A model generated the notes under the pieces. That model searched no databases, was not told the origin of the DNA, and saw only the letters and a list, made by a program, of their open reading frames with translations. A stretch of DNA of 35,569 nucleotides from NCBI GenBank assembly GCA_964584035.1, contig CAZOYL010000005.1, positions 1 through 35,569 of the forward strand, written 5' to 3'. Positions 27,666 to 35,569 of this stretch are shown piece after piece. This DNA is from an uncultured Gemmatimonadota bacterium (GTDB taxonomy: Bacteria > SM23-81). Each line of letters begins with the position of its first letter. Position 1 is the first letter of the stretch. The translations under genes were made by a program, and so were the position numbers.

Positions 27666-30600
27666 TCAATCATCCCAGTGTTGCGGTTGACCCGGTTGTT
27701 TGGGGAGGATATGCTGGGTCATCAGGGAGGTGTCGGCCGAGACCGACCAATTACCGGCCGCGTCCTCGGCGCGGGCCTGCAGGTGATAGATCTGGTCGGG
27801 TTGCAGATGCTCCAGATCAAACACGTGTTGCAGCACCAGACCGGAATCGCCCAGGGACCACTCATACTGTTCCTCGGCCGTACCGTAAAACAAAGTGGCC
27901 CGGGCCGGTTCATCCGTTTCCCAGCCGATGCGCGCACAGGTATCCATGACATCCGATATCTGAAGGTTAAGGATCTGAGGAGGCTGGGTATCACCCAGGT
28001 TGACGGTAAAGGTATCATCGTCGGAGACGGCCAGATTTTCTCCGGCATCTCGGCTCAGCACGCGGTAATGATAAACCATCTGTTCCTTACCGCCCGGAGT
28101 TTTCGAAACCGTTCCCGCCCGGTCGCCGGATGTGGTCCCTGCGGCACGGGATGATGCCGGGCTTCTGATATCGCTCGTCGGAAGGTTCCCCTTGGCTCCC
28201 GGCCCGGGCAGATCGATCAGCACCTGGTGGCTTTGGACCAGGGCCGGGTTCAGCAGGCTGAGAAATCCATAGCCATCGTCGAATCCGTATTCTACCTGGG
28301 AGTCGGCTCCCTCATCGGTGTTCCAGTTTACTTGAGCCGTGCTGTCGGTGGGCACGAAAACCACAATCTGGCTGATCGCCGGAGGAGTGTTGTCCTCGGC
28401 CTGGGTGGTGAAGGTGGCATCATCGGAGACCGATGAGTTGCCCCAGCCGTCAGCGCTTCTGACCCGGTAATGATAGAGCTGACCGGACGCCAGGCCGCTC
28501 AATCCCCGTTGATGCTCGGTGGAGAGAACGGTATCCACCGGGGTGAGAAAACCGTACTGGTCATCAGGACCATATTCGACCTGTCCATCACCGGCTTCAT
28601 CGGTCATCCAGGTGATGGTCGCAGACATGCTGGTGATCTGAACGGCCTGTACCTGGCTGATCACCGGTGGGGTGGCATCCCCGGCCTGGGTGGTGAAGGC
28701 GGCATCATCGGAGACCGATGAGTTGCCGAACTGATCGGCGCTGAGCACCCGGTAGTGATAGATGGTACCCGGGGTCAGTCCGGAAAGGGTCAGCTGATGG
28801 CTGAGAACCAGGTTGGCACCCTCCATCGACCAGGGATAGCTGCCAGACGAGAGGCCGTATTCCACCCTGGAGTCGGCCGGCTCATTTGTCATCCAGCCGA
28901 TGGCGGCGGTCGAATCGGTCACCGTCGAGGCGGACAGGCTGGATATCTGCGGACCCAGAGTATCGACGACCGTTCCCTCGGCGCCCAGGAGAACGATGTA
29001 CATGCTTCCGGCGCCGCTGGCGCCGGAAGCCATGTTGCCGCCCAGGATCACCGTTCCGGTCTGGACCGGTTTGAACCACAGCCTCATCGGAGAGGCATCG
29101 GTATCGGACACCTCGACATCGAGACCGGAATCAGTGAAGTGATTGGTGATCCAACCCGGCAGGCTGCTGACCCGGTGATCATAGCCCACGTACAGGTCGG
29201 CATCGATGTTGATGGAGAAGGTGAGAAACTCCTCCTGAGCATTCAGTTTATCATCGTTGGCCGTCTTGATCCAGAGCAGATTAACCTTGTCCGGAGGCAG
29301 GTTGAGCACCGTGTAGGAGCGGTCGATGTAATATTCCTGACTGACCTGAACATAGTCGTCGGTATACCCCGGCTGATTGATCTCACTGATGATCAGCTGG
29401 AGCTGGAACTGATATTGGTAGATCGTTTGAGGAGCGATCGTGTTGGGCTCCACGGCCCGATCGCGGATACCGTTCAGGGTCAGCGTATAGGTCTCCCCCT
29501 CGACGTGTTCACTGGTGACCAGCCGGACGGTCTTGAGATCGCCCTGCAGGACAGCGGAAAGGACCGAAACGCCCGGCGTGATGGCATAGTTGGCCGTTTC
29601 CTGGGCCGATGCCTGTTCCACCGGCTCGCCGAAGACCACCTCCAGCCCGGTAGTGCCGGTCAGGTTGACGTCGGCCAGGGTCGGCGCCACGGTATCGGGC
29701 AGGGTCCCGAAGGTCCCAGTGACAGCGGTGAGGCTGAGATTGCCGGCATTGTCCACCGAATAGATGGCATACTCAAAGGCGCTATTCTCGTCCAGTCCGG
29801 CGTCCTGGTACTCAGGGGCCATTGAACTGCCCAGAGGCAGGCCGTTGCGGTGGATGGCATAGGAATAAGCCAAATCCCCGTCCGCGGCCGGCGCGGGCGG
29901 GGTCCAGCCCAACCGGATACTGTGCTCGGTGGCCTCCTCCAGATGCAGTCCAGTGGGTGGATTGGGCGGTATGGTGTCCTGAACGCCGAACTCCTCGGTG
30001 AGGTAATAAAAGAAACGCGGAATTGTCTTGGTCACCTGCGCAAACCATTTCGGATCGGTGGTGGCGCCGCAGTGATTCACCTGGATATCCAGCGCTGAGA
30101 CGGCCTTATTGATGTAATCGATATTGCCGGTCTGCTCATAGGCGAACCCCAGAACCCCGTTGTTGAAACCGGCCCCCTCCTTGCCATGACCCTCGTACCA
30201 GTCCCCGTAGTCCGGATCGTAGGCATGGAAATAGGATCCGTTCCACAGATTGGTGCGGCTGGGATCGCACATCCAGGCCACGCCCCGGAGGATGTCATCC
30301 CGGGCCACGGTATCCCCGGTGATCCGGTAATAATTGAGCATGGCATCCCAGGTCATGCAGGCCTGCCAGGAACAGCCGCCATAATTGATCGACTCAAACT
30401 TGAGTCCGTCATCGCAGTCGCATCCGGCATATCCCCAGATGGCCCACTCCTCGGGATGATCGGGGCTGATATTCTGATGCTCGTGGACCTTTTTGACCAG
30501 GGTGTAGGCCGAGGCCTTCTGGGTGCTGCTGATATCGCCCAGATGATAGACCCCGTTATTCAGGTAGCTCTCATCCCCGGAGGCCTCATAATAGGCCAGC

Positions 30601-32516
30601 AGGGCTTCGATACCCATGCCGTAGCGCCTCGGTCCGCAAAAAATATAATCCCGCTGATAGCGAAGGGCCGAGTTGCGGACATAATCGGCCTGCATCTTGC
30701 CACCATACAGCGACTGGCGGTCGCCGGTGAAGAAGTAATGGTAGATCAGGCCCGGCCCCTTGAGCGAGATGTCGCCCATGAAATCGGTGTCGTAGCCCAG
30801 GGCATGGTTGACGTTGGGCAACCGGCGGGCGGATCCGACGAAGGCCTCCGCCAGGCTGCCGGCCTCGACATCGCCCATGTGATAGACGATATCGACATCG
30901 CGGTAGTGCCGGCATTGGTCCACGGCCAGGTCGTAATAGCGCCGATCGCCGGTACGGCAGAACTGCATGAACAACGAATAGGGCGTGTCGTACTGCATGT
31001 TCGACCATTCCGACTGATAGCTGTCGCCGTAATTCCACATGCCGTATTCATTCTTCGCCGACCAATAGCTGGACTCACGATTATCCAGCATGGTCTGCAG
31101 CATCGTCTCCACCTTATTTTCCCAGTCCTCCACGATCCAGCGATATTCCGATCGGATCAGGGACAGACCCCGCGGAGGCATTTTCCCGAACACCTCGGTG
31201 TCACAGTAGTACTGGGGAGAGGCAAACGCATACAGGGGCTGTTCCATGGCCAGGATGACGTCCTCAGAACCGGCCGTCAGATAGTCGCCCGGGTGAAAAT
31301 AGTAAAACACCTCGTGAGTCTTGGCGGCACCGCAATAGATCAGATCGGCGGCCGTATAGGAATCAGCGGGATTGATCGGAGAGGAATCGTAATACTCGGG
31401 GATCAGGCGCACGCTAACCTCACCATCGGCGCCCACCTCAATACCCTTGGGAAAATGCTGCCAGAATTGTCGAATGCCGGTGGTCAGCCCCCAGCGAGCA
31501 TCGCTGACATCGGCCCATCCCCGAGCACGGTTTCCCGAGCCCGAAGCGCTGCCGCCGATGACGTAGTGCAGATCGCCCGGCGTGACCGTCCCGTAAGCAT
31601 AGATGTAAGCCTGCTGCGACGGGAGCAGGCTGCCGCTGTGCACGGTGCTGCCCGACCCGCCGAAAGCATAGCTGATGTCGCCCTGCAGGGCGATGTGGCT
31701 GCGCAGAGAGATATCTTCCACGTCGAAGTAACTCTCCGGAGGCGGCGGCGGGTCCCAGTGGCAGCCGATGCTGGTGCTCTGACGGTTGTAAAAAGTATAG
31801 AAAACCCGCAGAAAGCTCTGATCCGCATAGGCCTGCATACGGATGGTGAAATCGAGACCCCGCTGGCCGCTGGCGTCGCGATGCCAGCCCTCGGCCAGGA
31901 TAGAAATCCGCAATGGGCCCGACTCTTCCAGCTGCACGGTGACATCGCCGTCCAGGGCGGCCAGATACTGGTTGCCGGCATCGGCGGTGACGATGGCCCC
32001 ATCGTCGTCGTGCGGAGCCACCATCTCCTCCTCGGCCTCGAAAACGCCATTCTCGTTCTCATCCAGCCAGAGCCGGTCAAAGAGGTTGAAACGCGTCTTG
32101 CTGACGATAAATTTCAGCGGACCGGTCACGACCGCGATGTTGTCGCTGTCCTCGGTGACCTCCAGGGAGGAATAGCCGGTATTCCCGGTGCCGTCGGAAA
32201 GATAATAGGTGGCGGTCCCATTTGCGGATACATCGGCGGGGAAATCACACAGCAGCCATTTCACGCTTCCATCGGGCCATCTGGACAGGGTGGCAAACTG
32301 ACCCGGAACTCCGGCGATCTGGACATCCTGATCCGAGTAAACCACTCCTCTGGCCAGCGGCACACCCATGGTCAGCGGGTAGTTCTGGCGGCTCACCCCG
32401 GCCGCTTCCGAAACGGTCAGCTCCACCTGAAAAGCATCTCCCGGGCGTGCCAGGGCCATCAGGGTGAGGAGGCTCAGGAGAGATCCCCATCCGACTCGAT
32501 TCCATCGTGCCGACAT
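27666..32516 (-). CDS. Large secreted exo-rhamnogalacturonan lyase-like (PcRGLX/YetA-like) protein with FN3, Ig-like and putative carbohydrate-binding modules
   Basis: Signal peptide, PLTMGVPL, WPDGSVKWL, EESGPLR, WQHFPK, YGMWNYGD, W.NMQYD; then FN3, Ig (VFGEPV..ASAQ..ANY), YYIDRSY...IKTANDDK and four W.T.E...S.V.YG...H...L repeats; SD AAGGAAGG. Confidence 0.75.
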   Translation of the reverse strand: MSARWNRVGWGSLLSLLTLMALARPGDAFQVELTVSEAAGVSRQNYPLTMGVPLARGVVYSDQDVQIAGVPGQFATLSRWPDGSVKWLLCDFPADVSANGTATYYLSDGTGNTGYSSLEVTEDSDNIAVVTGPLKFIVSKTRFNLFDRLWLDENENGVFEAEEEMVAPHDDDGAIVTADAGNQYLAALDGDVTVQLEESGPLRISILAEGWHRDASGQRGLDFTIRMQAYADQSFLRVFYTFYNRQSTSIGCHWDPPPPPESYFDVEDISLRSHIALQGDISYAFGGSGSTVHSGSLLPSQQAYIYAYGTVTPGDLHYVIGGSASGSGNRARGWADVSDARWGLTTGIRQFWQHFPKGIEVGADGEVSVRLIPEYYDSSPINPADSYTAADLIYCGAAKTHEVFYYFHPGDYLTAGSEDVILAMEQPLYAFASPQYYCDTEVFGKMPPRGLSLIRSEYRWIVEDWENKVETMLQTMLDNRESSYWSAKNEYGMWNYGDSYQSEWSNMQYDTPYSLFMQFCRTGDRRYYDLAVDQCRHYRDVDIVYHMGDVEAGSLAEAFVGSARRLPNVNHALGYDTDFMGDISLKGPGLIYHYFFTGDRQSLYGGKMQADYVRNSALRYQRDYIFCGPRRYGMGIEALLAYYEASGDESYLNNGVYHLGDISSTQKASAYTLVKKVHEHQNISPDHPEEWAIWGYAGCDCDDGLKFESINYGGCSWQACMTWDAMLNYYRITGDTVARDDILRGVAWMCDPSRTNLWNGSYFHAYDPDYGDWYEGHGKEGAGFNNGVLGFAYEQTGNIDYINKAVSALDIQVNHCGATTDPKWFAQVTKTIPRFFYYLTEEFGVQDTIPPNPPTGLHLEEATEHSIRLGWTPPAPAADGDLAYSYAIHRNGLPLGSSMAPEYQDAGLDENSAFEYAIYSVDNAGNLSLTAVTGTFGTLPDTVAPTLADVNLTGTTGLEVVFGEPVEQASAQETANYAITPGVSVLSAVLQGDLKTVRLVTSEHVEGETYTLTLNGIRDRAVEPNTIAPQTIYQYQFQLQLIISEINQPGYTDDYVQVSQEYYIDRSYTVLNLPPDKVNLLWIKTANDDKLNAQEEFLTFSINIDADLYVGYDHRVSSLPGWITNHFTDSGLDVEVSDTDASPMRLWFKPVQTGTVILGGNMASGASGAGSMYIVLLGAEGTVVDTLGPQISSLSASTVTDSTAAIGWMTNEPADSRVEYGLSSGSYPWSMEGANLVLSHQLTLSGLTPGTIYHYRVLSADQFGNSSVSDDAAFTTQAGDATPPVISQVQAVQITSMSATITWMTDEAGDGQVEYGPDDQYGFLTPVDTVLSTEHQRGLSGLASGQLYHYRVRSADGWGNSSVSDDATFTTQAEDNTPPAISQIVVFVPTDSTAQVNWNTDEGADSQVEYGFDDGYGFLSLLNPALVQSHQVLIDLPGPGAKGNLPTSDIRSPASSRAAGTTSGDRAGTVSKTPGGKEQMVYHYRVLSRDAGENLAVSDDDTFTVNLGDTQPPQILNLQISDVMDTCARIGWETDEPARATLFYGTAEEQYEWSLGDSGLVLQHVFDLEHLQPDQIYHLQARAEDAAGNWSVSADTSLMTQHILPKQPGQPQHWDD
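28397..28727. repeat. 46-bp direct repeat (28397-28442 and 28682-28727, 1 mismatch) from an FN3 module duplication
   Basis: cggcctgggtggtgaagg[t/c]ggcatcatcggagaccgatgagttgcc; spacing 285 bp = 95 codons. Confidence 0.9.
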
Positions 32517-32628
32517 ATTCACCCTTCCTTATTAAAAGACCAATCCATTCACAGACGATGGACGGTCCGGACCGTGATCCGGGCATCCGCCATGGAGAAA
32601 TGATGGTGACCAGCCCCATTTCCAACCC

Positions 32629-32644
32629 GCAACGATCATGCCAA
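32629..32644 (-). promoter_or_regulatory. sigma54 promoter for the lyase-like gene
   Basis: Minus strand TTGGCATGATCGTTGC; AT-rich IHF-like tract at ~32687-32715. Confidence 0.85.
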
Positions 32645-32851
32645 TATGCCGACCGGATGCCGTTCCGGCGGGCACCGGCGGGTCCTTTATAATTCCTTGA
32701 TAAGTATATTATTATCGGTATCAGAGAGGATCGGAAAAGTGGCCCGGAAAGATACGGTCACAGGATGGTGGTGACGTTTTGCCCACTTGACCGGCCAGGT
32801 TGAACAGTCCCCCACAATATCGCCACAGGAAGATAAAAAAGCAACCCAGAA

Positions 32852-34255
32852 TTACAGACCGTATTTCTTCAGGCGATCTCGCAGGGTATTCCGGCTAATA
32901 CCCAGGAAATCTGCAGCCTTGACCTGATTGTTGTTCATCCTGGCCATGGTCATCTGAATGAGAACCTTTTCCAGCGCCGAGGTCATCTGGTGGTAGAGGT
33001 GACCCCGGCCGGCATCCCTGAATCTGTCGAACAGCGGCTCAATAGCCTTGACGAAAACCTGCTGGCAATCATCCTCGACCTCGTCCATATTGATGGTCTG
33101 CTCTTCGAGGACGATGTGCTCGGGCAGCAGCATCTCCCCATGGCAGAAAACGACGGCCGTGTGGATGACGTTGCGCAGTTCTCTGATATTGCCCGGCCAG
33201 GAGTAGGCCATCATCTTCTCAACGGATTTAGGGTGAAGCCCCTTGATATTCTTGCCCGCCTCCTGGGCGAACTGATAGACGAAGTGCTCGGCCAGCAGCC
33301 GAATATCATCTCCCCGATTTCTCAGGGGCGGCAGACAGATAAAGGCTCCTCGCAGACGATAAAACAGATCGACTCTGAATTTTCCCTCCTGCATGCATTT
33401 TACCAGGCTTCGATTGGTGGCGGCCAGCACGCGGATATCGACATGGATGGTTTCCGTTCCACCCAATCTTTCAAACTCATGTTGTTCCAGGACCCGGAGG
33501 ACCTTGCTCTGAGTGGTGGCGCTCATGTCGGCCACCTCGTCGAGAAAGATGGTGCCGCCATCGGCCTGCTCGAATCTGCCCTTGCGTTTGCCCACGGCGC
33601 CGGTAAAAGCGCCCGCCTCGTGGCCGAACAGCTCACTTTCCAGGAGCGCCTCGGGAATGGCGGCGCAATTGACCGCCAGAAATCTTCTCTTGATGCGGTC
33701 GCTGTGCCGGTGAATCTCATTGGCTACCAGCTCCTTGCCCGTACCACTTTCCCCCTGGATGAGGACCGGCACGCTGGAGGGGGCGACCCGGCCGATGAGC
33801 TTATAAATCTCCAGCATCTCGGGGTGTTCGCCGACGAATACGATCTCCTCCTGGGAGTCCTCCCACTGTGGCGGTATCCGGCTGGGCATCTTCTGCCGCA
33901 TCCGAGCCAGTCTGGTCAGCAGGGCTCGCAGCTGCCCGACTTCCAGGGGCTTGATGACATAATCGAGAGCCCCCTCCCTCATGGCCTTGATGGCCAGGGA
34001 GGTGGATACCTTGTCGGCGATCACGATGACGGGAACGGTCGAAGCCTGGCGTCGAAGGTTCTGCAGCAGGTGAAACTTGGTGACCTCCGGTTTAGAGATG
34101 TTCAGAAAGACCATATCGGGTTTCTGCTCCAACACGAACGTCTGAGCTTCCTCCGCCATACAGCTGTGAAGGGTGAACTCCCGAGGTGAACTCATCGCCT
34201 CCCTGAGGGTCTGTACGGTCTTCTCATCGACCTGGACCAGAAGAATGCTCTTCAT
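32852..34255 (-). CDS. NtrC/AtoC-family sigma54 activator with an atypical receiver domain
   Basis: [46 protein letters not shown]; receiver reads VFLN rather than LLD; start moved to ATG 34255. Confidence 0.9.
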   Translation of the reverse strand: MKSILLVQVDEKTVQTLREAMSSPREFTLHSCMAEEAQTFVLEQKPDMVFLNISKPEVTKFHLLQNLRRQASTVPVIVIADKVSTSLAIKAMREGALDYVIKPLEVGQLRALLTRLARMRQKMPSRIPPQWEDSQEEIVFVGEHPEMLEIYKLIGRVAPSSVPVLIQGESGTGKELVANEIHRHSDRIKRRFLAVNCAAIPEALLESELFGHEAGAFTGAVGKRKGRFEQADGGTIFLDEVADMSATTQSKVLRVLEQHEFERLGGTETIHVDIRVLAATNRSLVKCMQEGKFRVDLFYRLRGAFICLPPLRNRGDDIRLLAEHFVYQFAQEAGKNIKGLHPKSVEKMMAYSWPGNIRELRNVIHTAVVFCHGEMLLPEHIVLEEQTINMDEVEDDCQQVFVKAIEPLFDRFRDAGRGHLYHQMTSALEKVLIQMTMARMNNNQVKAADFLGISRNTLRDRLKKYGL

Positions 34256-34338
34256 ATCATCCACCTGTTCTCTGTGCAACCTTCATCGCCGCTTGCAAAT
34301 TGCGAGGACGGTTTCGCCGATCTCGATACCGCGACCGC

Positions 34339-35496
34339 TTATTCTGTCAGCGGGCGGAGAAGATAATCACGGTAGCGATGGGGATCGCCCCGATGACCTT
34401 CCTCCGCCGCCCGAATGATATTGAACATCTCTCGGGCCGTAATATAGTGAAGCTTGTACTGCTGTCCATCATTATAGGTTCGTTCCAGGTGCGTGAACAC
34501 CTCATCCATCGGGCGGCCGAATAGAACGTCCTGATTGCGCTCCTGGGTGCCGTGGGTAAAAACTTTCACGAAGACCCAGTCGGGACGGCCGCGAACATGT
34601 ATCGCCGGTTTCACCCACAGATCGACACGATGTTCGTTGGGCGGGTGATCTCCCTTGATCTCCCCGGATTCGATGCCGGGGATCAGACCCCATTTTCGGC
34701 GTCTCCAGTCCAGGGCCAGGGGGCCCTGCACGATCAAGAGATCCCCGCTGGGATCCCGGTGAACACCGGCATCGATCCCGGTGTTGTGCGATTTCGGCTT
34801 TTCGGGATCGTCGGTGGCGTAATAGATGCCGTTGATCTTACGGGTCTGCGTCTCCGAGGGAGCCGTGGGCAGAGTGAAATCGGCGTAACAGCCGGTCTTC
34901 TTGAGAATCAACCGCTCATCATTGACGCCGCACCAGCGGCCATCCCGGCGCGAGTTATCCAGCGCCCAGTTGCCGTGAATGAACCCGTACTGCAGCCGGC
35001 CGTCCCGCGCGTTCCGGCTCAGGAGACCATGGGAGACCAACTGGTTTTTAAATGTCTCCAGTTTTTGGCGTAGTCGATCCCCGGTGTCGCCATCGTGATG
35101 CAGATGCACCTCCACCTCGCCATAACCATCCCGACAGAGCCGGGCCAGCATCTCCAAGAGCTCCGGGCGGTATTCCTCCTGGGGATAAAAGAAGGTATGC
35201 TGCGGTACGATGCCGTCGCCGTCACGATGTCGATCGGCCAGAGGAGGATAGTCCCGGAGCCATTTTTCGACCCGTTTCCTGCCCAGCTGTTCATCGGCTC
35301 CGCGCCACAGGGGTTCATAGTGGTCCACCACGCAGAACAGGATATGGACCGGGCTCGCAGCCGGAGTTCGGGAAGCAAGATGCAACTGCTGTCGAACATA
35401 GCTGCCCAGCCAGATGTGCACATTCCGTCGTAGAATTTGAATCCACAGGAAAACGCCCCCCCCAATGATAGATAGCAAGAACAGGACCAAAAACAT
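34339..35496 (-). CDS. Conserved membrane-anchored protein, probable polysaccharide-deacetylase-like metalloenzyme fold
   Basis: N-terminal TM, VVDHYEP, EVHLHH, FIHGNWALDNS, GCYADFT, FTHG; SD AGAAGGGG before the ATG at 35496. Confidence 0.7.
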   Translation of the reverse strand: MFLVLFLLSIIGGGVFLWIQILRRNVHIWLGSYVRQQLHLASRTPAASPVHILFCVVDHYEPLWRGADEQLGRKRVEKWLRDYPPLADRHRDGDGIVPQHTFFYPQEEYRPELLEMLARLCRDGYGEVEVHLHHDGDTGDRLRQKLETFKNQLVSHGLLSRNARDGRLQYGFIHGNWALDNSRRDGRWCGVNDERLILKKTGCYADFTLPTAPSETQTRKINGIYYATDDPEKPKSHNTGIDAGVHRDPSGDLLIVQGPLALDWRRRKWGLIPGIESGEIKGDHPPNEHRVDLWVKPAIHVRGRPDWVFVKVFTHGTQERNQDVLFGRPMDEVFTHLERTYNDGQQYKLHYITAREMFNIIRAAEEGHRGDPHRYRDYLLRPLTE

Positions 35497-35569
35497 AATA
35501 AATCCCCTTCTGGGCGCCAAACCCGAGACCGGCCAGGTCAGTCCCTGACTTTATTCCGGGCCGGCGATG

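Noticed and set aside
30186..32603. 805-aa plus-strand ORF
   Set aside because: Antisense shadow of the lyase-like gene; no recognisable motifs, expected from GC-rich codon bias
32990..34189. 399-aa plus-strand ORF
   Set aside because: Antisense shadow of the sigma54 activator
1..35569. CRISPR arrays, tRNA/rRNA, IS elements, integrases, exosortase, PEP-CTERM tails
   Set aside because: None recognised by eye in this window; the only repeats found are intragenic

Overview
This is a GC-rich bacterial window in which all credible genes (20) lie on the minus strand. The T9SS-type C-terminal domains and PorU/PorV-like genes suggest an FCB-superphylum lineage (inference). In transcription order it encodes: a conserved deacetylase-fold protein; a sigma54 activator with a degenerate receiver; a ~1616-aa secreted exo-rhamnogalacturonan-lyase-like protein with FN3/Ig repeats; an FN3 protein with a T9SS-type CTD; a priming sugar transferase; PEGA, FN3-lipoprotein, hypothetical, membrane and TPR-lipoprotein genes; PrsK/PrsR (PEP-CTERM-type two-component system); a degenerate GGDEF protein; a lipid kinase; a C25 peptidase (PorU-like) and a PorV-like barrel; and an exopolysaccharide block (epimerase, Wza, Wzz/GumC, ExeA-type ATPase with SPOR, BY-kinase-like protein, nucleotidyltransferase). 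Four -24/-12 sigma54 promoters, TGT-N11-ACA enhancer boxes, three sigma70-like promoters and several terminators are visible. Main hypotheses: (1) a PEP-CTERM-style EPS regulon in which PorU/PorV-like T9SS sorting genes stand in for exosortase; (2) FN3 donor-strand complementation between the lyase C-terminal tail (PKQPGQPQH) and the adjacent FN3-CTD protein that lacks its A-strand; (3) a structured attenuator RNA in the porU leader. All calls come from motif recognition by eye; no database searches were run.
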